A stretch of DNA of 64,000 nt, from assembly GCA_030141605.1 (NCBI GenBank), contig JAQGDQ010000033.1, forward strand, positions 988,219-1,052,218, in the 5' to 3' direction. The translations under genes and the position numbers were made by a program. Shown here in pieces: positions 41,204 through 55,600 of this stretch (within the stretch, counting starts at the first letter, position 1; every line of letters starts with the position of its first letter). The notes beneath the pieces are model-generated. The model did no database searches, had not been told where the DNA came from, and saw only the letters and a program-made list of their open reading frames with translations. This DNA is from Tubiluchus corallicola. Lineage: Eukaryota > Animalia > Priapulida.

Positions 41204-41639
41204 CAGGGATGTGAAATTATCTGATCAGCTGGACCACATTAAACATTCCCGCAATTCCTATGGGACGCATGCAGTTTGGTCAAAGAACCACGAACACTAA
41301 GGCCTAATGACCATTTTTTTTGTATCCAATCTGTTGCATCATTACTACTAACTGAGGAAAACTATTCTAGAAAGTATTAAATATTAAGAATATTTAATTT
41401 CAACTTTCATGTCAGATAGTGGTAATCTTATTACAATGGACATTAGTACTGATTCTGATCTATAAGAACACTACACCTGATCAAATAACCACTGATTGAG
41501 GTGTACACTACCGAGCCTAAACAGAAATTAAAATCTGGGAATCCTCCTATATCAGGGGTGACCACACTTTTTCAGCTCGCGAGTTATTTACAGATAGATT
41601 GGCCCAGTCGTCTTCTTGGTCGCAGTTTGCACACCCCTG
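41204..41639. mobile_element. hAT MITE with perfect 8-bp TSD
   Basis: CAGGGATGTGAAA ... TTTGCACACCCCTG; ATCTAGTG on both sides (41196-41203, 41640-41647). Confidence 0.85.
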
Positions 41640-41784
41640 ATCTAGTGTGTATAGCCATGAATTTGGTTACACTTACAATACACATAAATAGTATATGTGC
41701 CTTTCATAAAGTGTCAGATGCACATGTGTTATTTAGAGAATAAATGAGCACATGCACAATTGCTTTGCCGTAACAGAACAGGCG

Positions 41785-41905
41785 ATGTAATGTAATAGGT
41801 AACGTATCTGCTTGCTGCCTGGGAGGTCGAGAGTACGATACTATGGCCAGATTCCATTAGTGATACCAAAGACTCTAAAATAATACTTGCTGTCAGCATT
41901 TAAAT
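41785..41905 (+). mobile_element. Degenerate tRNA-derived SINE-like fragment
   Basis: A-box-like TAATGTAATAGGTAA and B-box-like GAGTACGATAC, followed by ATACCAAAGACTCTAAAA, which resembles invertebrate SINE bodies. Confidence 0.3.
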
Positions 41906-42210
41906 CCGACTTTATAATAAAGTTTATCGTATATATTAATTTTGGTGATATGGGCTTAATATATATCATTATTACTATTATTGCTAGTAAGTCAGAGAAT
42001 CATTTAGCTAAGACAGTTTCTTTGATTCCTAGTAATGTTAGTTATGCAGCATTTACTGTACTAGGTATTACTTTGCACTACTTGTAATGTGACGAGGGAT
42101 AACATTTGGCAATAACTTACACAATGTATCTAGCCTGGACCTACATGACCCGATGAAGCAATTTAACCATCAATTTTTATAATTAGGAATAAACAATAAC
42201 AGCTGAACAT

Positions 42211-45200
42211 CTAATTTGCAAAGATATCGCCCATGGGTATCCAAATATTTTTCACTTGCACTGCATGGTACAGAAATTCCTCCCCTTGGCCTTGAGCTGG
42301 ATCAGTCCAATCACGAGATTCTCCATAATTGACCCATGTCCGTTTGAGGTTCTCAGCTGACACATACTCAACAAACTGTGACCCTTCTGCTGAGCCAAAG
42401 TACCACATTGCCTAAAACAAAACAGCAGTGAAAAGGTAATATAGCAGATTGATGATAAGTTGAACTAAACTAAATACTATACTCAGTCCTAGAATTAAAT
42501 GGCAGGTAAAAACAATCGTCAACAAACAATTATACTTAAGACATTATCACTGTCAAGACGAATCTAGATGTGAACATGAGTATAACAATATCTTGTAACA
42601 CAGTTTCTTACTAATAATATTACCATAATAATATAAATGATATTATAATATAATAACTAAACAATATGATTTATTGGGTACAAAAAATATACAATTACCA
42701 TGAATCGACACATCAGAAAAAAGATGTATATGTCACAGCTAGATGGATTAAAAAACAAACAAAATAAAATAAAATAATAATAAGTATTCATAATTCTGCC
42801 TATTTTTGAAACAAATGTGCACTAGCCAGCATACAAATTTAAATATTTCAGTATCAGAACTGCTACATAAGAATATAAACTGTTCATCTGTTGTTAGGTT
42901 AACAAAATTAGGACATATATTCATTACAACGTAAAAGTATTTAGCTCTAATATTGTTATGTTTAGCACACAACATTAATATATGTTTTTGTCCTCGATTT
43001 TATTTAGATCGCAATAGTTACTTATTCTTAGTTTAGGATGCATCTTATGGGCCATATGTTGTCTTCCAGTCTCTATTGCGAGATTACGGGAGCTTATTCG
43101 AAATTTTATGACATCTGCTCCAACAACTTTTGGTAAATTGTTAATAACTGCCGGTAATAATTGTAAACTATTATGTAACAAAAGCAGCTGCAAAATATCG
43201 TTCTCAGTAAACAAAGACAAGGCTTTTGTATGACTTTACTCAGTGTTTGGTTTTTAACAGCCTCTCAGAAAGACTTCTTCTTAATGTTCTACCTGACCAC
43301 TTTGTCATTAGAAGCTTTCATAGTTTGGTTTTCCATAGTTTTTCACCTACCTGTACATTCTGGTGTTCAGCGAGGTACTTAGTAATATGATCTCTACTGC
43401 CCGTTAGAATATTCACAATGCCATCGGGTAAATCAGAAGTATCAAACACCTAAATTAAGTTAAGTTGCATTTTAAAATTTTTCGATACAATTTGATAATG
43501 TTTTAACCAATAATAAGCCTAATAAGCTAAGTAATTCAAAATTATCATATAAGCTACACAAAATGGTTCTGACGTGTTCTAAAACTCAATAAATTAGTAG
43601 GTCAAAGACACTGCTATTCAAAAATAAAGAGTAATACAAAAAAAATGAAACCTTAACACAGAAGAAATTGAAATGACAAGTTCCTTAAAAGACAACATCT
43701 TACTACTTTTCTCTTTAGCAATATCAGTTTGCTATTTTGCACTTGCTATTTATCTTTTTAAAACTGCACACCATTATTGCAGTATTATTTTAGAAATGCA
43801 AATAAACTTTACTGTACTATTTTAGAACCACAGTTTCACCACTCATGAGGTATGTATCCATGCAAATAGTGAGACTCTGATCTATTACTGAAGAATTTAA
43901 ACTCAAGCTGCTGAATATGAAAATAGAAAATCTATGCAGGTAAAACAATTAACAGTAATACAATATAATCTTGTCACACACTTACTTGTAGAAGATCCTA
44001 AGAAAGTCAAAGGCCAAAGTAAGAAAGATCAAAAACCAAATTTTTACCTGATAGAAATCAAGAGCACAAATAGGATGTTTTTCACTTGGTATAATAACCA
44101 CACAATTGGATCTGACCACAGCTGGTGCAAATAGTGACACGAAGTTAAGCAACGGATATTCATCTGGACAAGCGATACCGATCACCCCAACTGGTTCGTG
44201 GATCTTCGATGTTACCCCATACAATGGAGTTTCCTACAAAAAAGTACATAATTAAAAACAATATTTACTGGTTGGTAATACAAGCTCTATCCTACAACAG
44301 GGATTACAGGTTTTTACCTGAACTGTACCACCAAACTTGTCGGCATATGCTCCCCAGTAGAACAGCCTCTGTACAGATAAATCAACTTCTTCTTTGCCTG
44401 CCTCTTCACTACATCCAGTCATCTGACACAGCTTAGCTGCAAATTCGTCTTTGCGCATCTCCAAATTCTCAGCCATGTAATAAACTATCTGAGAGCGGTT
44501 ATATGCAGCGCGTTTGCCCCACCTAAAAGTTTATAAAATTTTTACAGTTTAGTAAACTTTCAGTTCTAGATTAGCTTTATAAAATGCTTGATTTTCTACT
44601 GCCAAGATAATTACCGAAAAATAGATGAGTACTTTGCTTTTTCAAGGATGTCAGAACCTAATAGCACCTGTGATTTCAACAGGCATTCTTTCACAAACCA
44701 ATGGTGTTTACTGAACAGAAAAATGTTTAAGGTGTTAGCCACGTCAGACAGTTGTGCATTATTTCTCTGTCATGGGTCTCATGTGTCGACAAATACACAT
44801 AGTAATAGGAATTTTCCATAATCTACTCTTGCTAGTAAAAAATATAGTTTACCCAGGTGCTGCCTTAAATGCAACTTCCACAGCATTTCTTACATCTTTT
44901 CTATTTGAGTCTCCAACCTGAGCAATGACTTTACCGGAAGCACTCAAAATAGGTCGACAGTGATTCTGATCCGGCCTTGCTTGCTTACCTCCATAGTATA
45001 ACTTATATGTGTGATCAACTCTGTAAAAGCATCATGAATTTAATGAATGTTCAGAGTGAGAAAATATTTACAACCCAACAAATAATAGAACTACATGTTT
45101 CATTTTACAATTCAAACTTGGCAAATATTAGTATGCAAGCATCAAAAAAGGAATCGCAGATTTGTATTTAAAAAAATATTATTTATAAAGAATCTAGAGG

Positions 45201-46591
45201 ATCTAATCCAGCCATGCAAAATAAGAAAATGGAAAAAATTAAACAAAATCATTTTAGCAGCTGCAATAAATACTCACGCCGGCACTGTTATGCCATTCAC
45301 TAGGGTTTCAGCTATCGATACATTCAATGATGGTAACCCCATGACTACATTACCAAACTTCTTCAAGTCAAACTTCGGGTCAACTCTAGGCCTAGGTCTA
45401 TGATACCATTTGGGTTGAACATATTCATACAGTCCCTACAAACACAAATAAACTGAGATATACTCCTACAATAATAGCTCTACTACATGTTAAAAATCAC
45501 CACCTGTTAATAATCAGCTGCCAACAAAAACTAAAATCAAATTAGAGCTATCAGCCACATCTTTCGGAAGTCCCCTGTTGCACAGTTCTGTTTATCTAAA
45601 GCTGTTTCCAAGATCTGCTAAGATAATAATCTTTTGTTTAGTTGGAAAATGGCATTACTAGAAATCAAATAGCTGCAACAGCCCAGTGTTTCCACAAATG
45701 CTGTTATACACTGATGCTACAATGTTGCACACATTATTTTTATAAATCTGTAATTATTTAAACAAAGTTTTACCTCTTTCCCACCATCTCTTCCATAACC
45801 GCTCTCCCTATAACCACCAAATCCTGCAGCTGCATCAAACTGATTGTGACAATTTATCCACACTGTTCCAGCCTTGATGCTTACAGCAGCTTCCAGTGCT
45901 AGAGCAATATCCTGTGTCCACACGCTGGAACCCAGGCCATAGCGAGTGTTGTTGGCTAATGCTAGTCCTTCCTTTGCTGTGCGGAAGGGCATAGCAGTTA
46001 GCACTGGTCCAAAAATCTAAATTTCCAAACAACTGTTTAAACATGATGAAGCATGACAAGGCATGTCCGAAAGTTCCCAAACTATCTTAGCACAGTCTCA
46101 CACATTATTTAATAAAATTGACCGCATGGCAAATTGAAGTAAGTTCTAATAATTTTTTCATCAGGCTGTAATTCTAGTTGGTGCAATACAGTTTTATCAA
46201 GAAATAAAGCTGTTGTTTTAATCTCAGTTCACACTGTAGTAACTTGAGCACATAAGCACACTTGCAAAAAGAGTGTTATTTGAAACACCATTGTTTTTGC
46301 GTTGCACTTCAGAAATTATACAGCTGTGTCAGGCGTTGTCACCACCTGGCGTTCTATTGTGTTAGAGAGCGATAATTATGTAAATTACATCTGTTAGCCT
46401 GTTACCATCTGAGAAGCAGTAAGCAAAGATTGTGTCTAATGTATGTGCATTATTGATCATTGGTAGCAGGGTCTAATAGCATTCGTCAACAGCATACAAC
46501 AACAATATTGGGCAAAAGGTTTTTGTGTGGTCTCATTACGCTGTTGTTGTAGTTGGTGTTGTTAATGGTGTTGTCCCAGTGACAGTTTCTG

Positions 46592-46627
<36 letters not shown>

Positions 46628-49600
46628 ACCTAGTGGGTCTAGTGTGGTGCTGGTTGTTATTGTGGTGGGTTTGTTGTGGGTGGTGTGGTATGATATGGTG
46701 TGGTGGTGTGGATAGCTGGTATGGCATGAATGGTATAGGTTGTTGTTGGTATTATAGGTGTCATTGTCATTGCCATCATCATCATCATCATCATCATCAC
46801 CACCATCACCACTATATGATGTAATGGGCTTGGTGGGGAGTGGGGGGCAAGTACAGAGGGCATGATGAGTGTAATGTGTTGTTGTTGTGGTGGGTGTGGT
46901 ATGGGTGGTGTGGATTGTTGTTGTGTGTTTATGCATAAAATCTGTTTGCAGGGTTTGTCTAGTTAATATATTAATCCTAGTGGTATATGTCTGGAAAAGT
47001 AATTTCCAGGGCTACAGCTTCAATGACTGCACCGTTTTTAGCAATCCATACATCAAACGAAAGATATCACCTTTAACAGGTTTTTCCATTAAATTCTTCA
47101 AACTGGGGCCACTAGGTGGAATGGGGGTGAGGCGAAACCTCCAAAATAGCCATTTTTTTGTAAAACTATAGTTCTTATTTCGAGAACAGTGGGTGTAGCA
47201 GGCACATCTAAATTTTGTGGGAGGTCCATAATAACCCATTAATGGTGTTTTCCCGATCTCAACCTATATATATATATACCATTTGTTTCGTACATATTTA
47301 GTAGATTTCACGCAATACAATAACAACAAAAAAGACAATGACTGAACAGAGTTAGCAGACAGACATGTAGAGATACAATGAATTAAATATATTACAATTG
47401 TTGAAAAACATTTATAAGTGTGACAAGTATAGATAAAAGTGGTAGTAAAACAGTAAGTTTAACGCAACAAATTTGCACATTCTATGCTTGTAAAATTTGT
47501 ATGCGTAGGGGCTTTTACTATAATCCAAAATAACAGGATGATTCCAAGTTCTTTTTTGTGAGTTTCTCATTGGAAAAGATAGGGTGCAAATCCCATTATA
47601 TGTTGCCAACAGACCTTGCTTCATTAAGTTGTTGAACTTGCATCTGTTAAGAGTTAACAGTTAGTTTACATTACCACACACACAGTTTCAAATTTGCAAA
47701 AAATGTTTTAGCATAGTTTCACTAGACTGTTGTTTTTTGGGTACTTTCCGCTATTGTTGTCACCATCATCACACGATAGGCACGTTGGGCTATGGTGTGG
47801 TGTGGGTAAAGTGTAATTGGTAGGGTGTAGATGGTGTGGTGTGGTATAGTCTAATTGGTATGGTGTGGTGGATGTGATGTGGTGACTGAGGTGCGGTTTA
47901 GTAGCGTGGTTTATGCGCAAAATTCTTTTAAGGGGAGAGGGTTGGCTAGTAAACATGTTAAAACATTATTCCATTAGAATTAATTTATCGGAAAATATCA
48001 GGCATCCTTTCAAAAACAGGTGAAATAGCTGCAAGTAAGTTTCTAACCTTCAAATTCACTTTGGAAAAAGGGTTTGACAACTATATATTGCTCGAATAAT
48101 TTAATATTACCTCTTCCTGCACTACTTTTGACACCGAAGAAACTTTAGTGATCAGTGTAGGTGGGTAGAATAAACCGCATTTAGGAAGATTTGTTGCCTC
48201 ACATGCTTGGTAGACCTACGATATACATGTAATCATTAGTTTAAAGCAATTACAAACAACATTACAAATCACATTCAGATTGTAGATAACATTTTTGGAT
48301 AGAAATTTCAAGACTTTAGAAACACTGAAACTTCAGTTTTACTCTGTATATTTTTCATATAATTTTTGGTGTATGTATGCATAATACAAAACTTTCCACC
48401 TGCTATTGCACTGTCTACTTTAAATTTGCAGCCACCCCATAATGCTAGCCAGAAATAAATAATGATAATATTTTAAAGCATATTTAAAACCTTGAAGAAT
48501 GCAATGATATTTATAAATGGCTATATCTTGTGGTATTTACTATTTGAAAATTACCTCAGCACCTTCTTTTCTAGCATCATCAATGTATTCGCTTATAGTC
48601 TTCATTTGTGACTCATCTACAACTGCTCCCATGTCAATAGCCTTATCTAGGCTGTGGCCTAGTCGAAAATGTGTCAGTCTTTCCTTCAGTTTATTTATCA
48701 TTGTATCATAGACAGGCTCCTGTACCAGCAGCCTTGAACCAGCACTGCATACCTTAGTTAATATAAAATACACAATACAAATAATTACTCATCATTCATT
48801 AAAGATAATTACAACTTATACATTATTTAGGCAGTTGGCAGATTGCAAGTCAGTATCTAGCACTAAGAACACAACCTGCTAACAAACGTGGCAAAACCAA
48901 AATTTAGTAATATGTGGATAAAATCCGGGATATCTGACAATAAACTGGCAGAGATTTCTTAGCCCGATTTGAATGCACATACATATTTTTTCATATATGT
49001 TTCTCAGTAATTACCAAGCTGCTTATTAACTCCAGCACTGCCTCACTTTGCAGCTGAGCACACACAGCACAGCCGATTAGCTACTTTTCATGCTACAACC
49101 AAATTAATTGGGTATGTTAAGTCTTTTGCTAAGAGAAATGAATAGACATTATAACATAAGCCAACACAGTAGTTAAAGAACATTTATTATTAGTTAATGG
49201 GCCTACCTGTCCTTGGTTAAACCATATCGCATCAACTATGCCTTCCACTGTGCTGTCCAGGTCAGCACTATCAAAAACTACAACTGGTGACTTGCCACCT
49301 AATTCAAGTGATATCTTTTTACCAGTGCCAGCAGTAACTCTTCTCAAAAGCTGACCAATCTGAAAAATTATTAGTGCATAAATGTACAGCACATGAAAAT
49401 CTTTCAAACCAATAGTTACAATTGAAGCACCAATCATGTAAGTATTGGCTATATACAGAAATGCTTATATTGTTGACACTTCCACCTTGTTTTTTTCTGG
49501 CAAAAACACAGAGATAGCTCTAGATGAAACACACTTCTAAGAAAGGAAAGAACTTCTACCTAGCCATCTGAGAACCACATACAAGTTAACTCTTCAGATG

Positions 49601-52600
49601 AATAGATATGTTAGGGTGCAAAAAGTGCATATTTAAATACATGTACTATATTATTTAAAAACAAGTGCATAAGTGTTCTTTAAACACAGATATTTGGTAG
49701 TAAAGCAAATAATACAGCACCTATGCACTCAATGAGCTGGAGCTATTTCTAGACGAACAGGAGTCATATGCTTTATTAATTATCTACATGGTAGTAAATG
49801 ACCAAAAAAAAAACAGATTTCAGTTTATTAGTTTATTAGTATAGTTATTTTGGGCACTTTTGTTTTGAAATGTAAGTTGAGCTGTTTCTAACATCAAAGT
49901 TTATAATATTTTGTAAATTGCAAAGTATAACCTATAAATTAAGTTAAATCATCTAATGTAAGCAATAAAAAAGGATTTAATAAGGGCAAATATAAAAGGC
50001 ACATAGACTGTAAACAAAGTAAGACTACGAAATGATCCAAGAAGGACTTGTAGTAAAAATGTCAGAAGAAAGATTGGCTGAAGTCTGATACCCAAAAGAC
50101 CTGTTTACCCAACTGTAAAAGAAACAAGTGCCCCACATACTGTACTTTTAAATAAAATAAAGCTAAACTGATGAATCATACTTTAAACATTTTGTGTCTG
50201 GCAACATGCCAATAATATCAGACATTTGCTTTAAAAACACACATATGGAGTCACACGCACATGAATAATAAATACTCTAACTCTCAATCTGGAGCCATGA
50301 AGCAAATGCATTTTCTTGGTCATGTGCCATAAATATATCAAGCAAGTGGCAGATGTTTTCAACACTGAAAGCAGCCTGTAAAAGAGGAAGACTTTTTATC
50401 CATTCCACATTTTAGTGGAATGTAGGATGAATAAAATTATTTGCCAACGTGATGAAAATTCTACATTTTTACACATTTCCTATAAACATTTGTTTGTGAA
50501 ACCTTACTCATTTATAGCTTTTTTGTTACATATGGCTTTTGATAAAACAACTTATTACTAATTACGATAGAACTATCCTGCGAATTCTGTAGAACTACAT
50601 GCAATGTTGATTCTTTTATTTCATATTTTAAACATCTGTTAAATGTAATAATCTTACTCTAGATAAGAAATAGGATTTAAAATGGTTTTGACTGGTCTTT
50701 TTACAGTTTATTCTTTTTAAATAGTCATGACTTTTATTAATAATGTAAACTCACTGTACTCAGTGTTCTGCAATATGATTGCTAATAAACCTTAAACTTA
50801 CTAACTCACTTACTTACTATGCACAATTTTCCAGTCTGCAAAACATCTAGATTTAGAATATGATGTAACATAACACATGTTTGCAAATTTTAATGTAAAT
50901 TAGCAAATGTACATGTTTAATCACAATTAAAAAAGTTGAATATATATATATATATATGATTAACGACTGAATATAAAACTCACAGCTGTTGAACCAGTAA
51001 ATGCTACTTTATCTACATCAGTGTGTGTGGCAAGCATACTTCCAAATGCACCACCACCCGTCATCACATTGAACACACCAGGAGGCAGACCTGCTTCAGC
51101 ACAAATTTCAGCTAATAACAATGCTGTCAGCCTATAATTTAAAATAAAACCTATTAGTAAAGCAATAGAGCAGATATAACTGTCAAGTTCAAGTATCAGA
51201 TTAAAGATCTTGATAGGTAAATGAGCGCTCTTTTCATATGGCTAGATTAATGCATTTATTTTGTTTTTTCCAGGAAAACCTACACCAAAAACCATACAAA
51301 ATACTTTTCAGTTTAATGTATGCAACTCTTCAATACAGAAGCACAATTTAAGGAGCATTTGTAACTGTAAATCATCTAAATCAAAAAGTAAAACAATGCA
51401 GGTAGCATTGTGTATCATAAATGTGAGATTATGTAAATTACTGCCACTGAAGTTTAAAAATACATTTTAATGTAGTGGTAAACATACTCTATCAAAAAGT
51501 GAATTCAAATCGAATTGAATTTGCAAGTTTCGAACGTGAATCAAACCAAGTTTCAGCATTTTTGGAGTGGGAATCGCATTCGAATTCTGTTTCAAACATT
51601 TTCGAATCACTAATAAAAAGCGTTCTCACAAAGATGATGCATATTACTTGATTTTGTTCTGCAGTAAAAAAATTAATAATTTGTTTGGAAATTGCTCACA
51701 CAAACTATAGCTGAGTTATGCTGACTGCATGATGTTTCAAACGTGTAATGATAATGTGTAGCTGAATTATTTAAATATATAATTTCAGATTCCAATTAAA
51801 TTCGAACTAAAAAAACTCGTTCAAATCAAATGTGACCCTAGGCTCACCTTTATTGTCATGTGAAGTGTCAAAATACTTTTAACTATAAAACTGCCCCCAA
51901 ACCTTTCTACTACATCCTTGAACTGCTTACTGAAAAGACTGTGTCTTTCAAGTGAACACCCTAAGCAAATGTGCAGGAAAATGGTGTTTTGAACACATAT
52001 AGCTTTAGAATTTGGCAAATTCCAAACCTTGTATATGTAGCTGGTTTCAGCACAACTGTGTTGCCCATTGCTAAAGCAGGACAGATCTTCCATGTAAGAA
52101 GCATGATTGGAAAATTCCAGGGAACAATTCCAGTAATGACACCTATACATCATCATACAAATGATACATTTGCAACAAACATAAGTAATGGACTGACAAT
52201 TAATTTTACCAAAATATATTTGCATAAGGATTACAACACCAAATGCTAATTGTTAAATTGCAAAAAACATATAAAATGTATACATCTTACACCTGAGAAT
52301 TCTCACTGACTGCAGCCACACTTTGTTTCATGTCTCACAGTTAAGATAACTAAGAGACAAACATTCTAGGCTTTATTCACTCACTAAAAAACTACAAAAA
52401 TTTTTGCGGCTTGTCAAGTTACAGAACGGATTCAGACAGAATTATTTACCTCTGAAAATCTTTTTGTGACAAGTCCATTTGATCATTTATAAGTTAGTGA
52501 ATCATAATTTGTAAATGGTATCTAATGGACTTGGCATAAAAAGATTTTAAGAGACAAATATTTGAATCTTACAAATTACAATTGAAATGTAAGTGCAAGT

Positions 52601-55600
52601 ACGATTCTAAAAACAAACCAATTGGCTTCCAGTTGGCCATTTCCTCTTCCATAAGCTGAGCCCATCCTGCATGGTGATAAAAATGCCTTGCAACCAATGG
52701 AATGTCACAATCTCTCATTTCGCGAAATGACTTTCCATTATCAAGACTTCCAATGACACTCAGAAGTCGTTGATGTTTCTGAACGTGGCGTGCAATGCTG
52801 AAAATCCACATTTAATAGCACTTAATAAACTGAAAGTTAATGCATGCAAGACGTCATTATGCAAAAACATGAATATTTCTAAAATATGGCGAAAAGAGAA
52901 TCAAAGACATCTCGCAACATGATTCACACTGATATACTTGCATGGGTGCTAAATTTCTTCTCATGATCATGTCCTAAAATAGTTTGTGTTAATGTACCTC
53001 TGGGGAATTGTTCAGAGATTATAGAAAGTTAAAAGGAAACTAACTGTTGATGACTCGTCGAGATTGAATGATCTTTGATATACATTATGCTTATTTACAA
53101 TTACTTTTTATAAGAGAATAGCAGAAAAAATTGTCCAAGCTTGGAACTCTGAAAAGCAAAGCAATATTAAACAAAACAATTTTAAAATCTGGATTTGAAA
53201 TAATATTTACCTGTACAGATATCTAGCTCTCACATGACCTGGTAAGGTGCTCCAGGTTTGGAAAGCTTTTCTTGCAGAAGCAACAGCTTTGTCTGCGTCC
53301 TCTTGAGTTCCATTCACAGTTTTAGCTAATCCCTCACCGGTTGCAGGACACTTAGTTTCATAAAATTTTCGGCCATCTGGTAGGTACCACTTATTGTCAA
53401 TGAAGTGCCCAAATGTTCCATTGTTATGGTCAGCCAACCATTTCTGTTAAAGTAGCCACTGACATCAATATTTAACATAGCCAACACAAATAACAACAAA
53501 GTGGAAAAACAGAATTTTGTAAAATTAAAAGATATTTACAGGTTATTTTGTTACAGGTTTAACTGAAAATGTAGAGTACATTGACTCCAGAAATAAACTC
53601 GGAAAGAAACAGACAAGATTATGCTCTTGAAAAACGAATTGAACAATCTTTTTTGCGGACATATTTCTTTCAAGAAACACAAGTAATTTGTGTAAATGTA
53701 AATCAGAAGCAGGATTAAGCTGAGCTATTTCCGTTTATGCATCGTGAAGTGTGCAGTACAATTTTACCTTGATTTAAACAGCACTTTATAAAGTCTGGTA
53801 GTTTCTGCTTAATAAAACTCCCAGAGTCTTAATAACAGTCTTAATAAACAGCATTCATATTATGTTGCAGCTGATGTTAAGCATATGCAATTGCTAAAAT
53901 ACAGTATATAAACATTACACCTTAAATATCATGTCACATACTTGTCACTGTTGTTAACTATACGTGACCTTTACATAAATTAATGATCTGTTTCCTAAAA
54001 AGGTGTATTGTCTTTCAATTTCAATTAGTTAGTTTTATCACTCTTGTCAGTTAAATGTATATTCAGCTTTATTTTTCTTAATACAGATCGTTTCACATAA
54101 TTATAAAGAATAAAGTATATTCTGGTGATGGTTCTGTTCATTTAAAAAACTTTCGTGCGTTACTTTGCATAATAGGTTTACATCCAGTTCTGCGCGCTAT
54201 CGTTTTATTATAGTTTAACATGATACGAAAATATCCGACTAAGTTATGTGCTGGCAAACAATTAATCAAGCAAGTGAAACAGCACAATTGTATCTAGAGT
54301 GCAAACAATGTCAGTGTTTTTTGCTATTTTTGACTGTACTGCTATTTTCATTGATATGTTTCGACTCGATACAATTGAATTTCGATTTTCATGTGAAAGC
54401 TTTTTTCAAATTATGCGACTATGTTTTTTGGTTTGGTAATCGTATTTACTCTTCACTACCGAGGCACTGTACAAGTTGGATATTCTATGCACTGTACAAA
54501 TTGAAACGGCATAAATATTAGGATTTTGGTAATCTCAGTCACAAATTTCTACAAGAAACTTCTTTTACTTACTTTTGCAGTTTGTACCATTTTCATGTAC
54601 TATGTGGCACATGAGTAGAAGAAACCTTCATCACATGAAGCAATGCATGAGCTTGCATTAAGGAAGCCAAAGATAATGCATCTTTCCATTAAGCAATGCT
54701 TGGAAGTGGCGCTGACAAGGCACTGGCATAGATTATGTCTGGTCTTTTGCTGGATTACTGATCTTGAAGGCAAATTTTTCTTAGAATTCTACCCCTCCCA
54801 ATGTCTACAATTGACATAATGGGCATATGATGACGATGAGTCAAGTTAAGAAAAATTTGGAATTTTAATCTCAGACTATTTTTTCGATTTTATTCAGATT
54901 TGCAGGAAATGCACCTGGATTCGATTATTGTGCAACAAATATTTGTACTTTAAGCACGTCTATAGTATGACTTAGAATACAGTGGTTCCATTTTCATTGG
55001 ACAATTAAAGATATACTCCAACTGTAAGTGTACATAGCCAAGACTAACAGAAGTTGATTGATGAAAATGCAGTGTGGTTATAGCAAAACAATTGCTTCAA
55101 CTTTCAGCGTGACTTTGAGTGAAGGTGATGGATCTAAGAATGGGGACTTAAAATTCAACTATTTATTTTTAGACACTACTGAAGCTATCACAAAAAACAC
55201 TTTCTTTTTTCATTTTGTTATTGATTTTGTTGTCTATTACTGGAAAATATGGTCTTATTAAATGTTGCGCTGGTTTTAGTATCAATTTTTTTTAACAATT
55301 TAGCTTTTTATTGTAGTAATTCAGGACCGTGCCTAAATGGTTTTGAAATGCAGCTAGTCATCTTACCCACTATTTTATTAAGCAGTGGCTACTGCACAAA
55401 TTAGTAGTCTCACAATGCAAACAGGAGTCTGACTATAATGATAAGTTTGGCAATGACTATAATATGGATTAGCTAACAAGTTTATCAGAGCCAATTTGCC
55501 CGGCAAAATTTATCTATGAATCAGTCAATTGTGTTTCAGTATCTGACAGCGTTGTTGATTAATACCAACCGTTTCCAGTTGTTAATTCTTTTTGATAGAC

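Noticed and set aside
46525-46936. Overlapping ORFs with poly-His, poly-Met, poly-Ile and poly-Asp runs
   Set aside because: Translations of (CAT)n and GT-rich simple repeats inside an ALDH16 intron; no splice or homology support.
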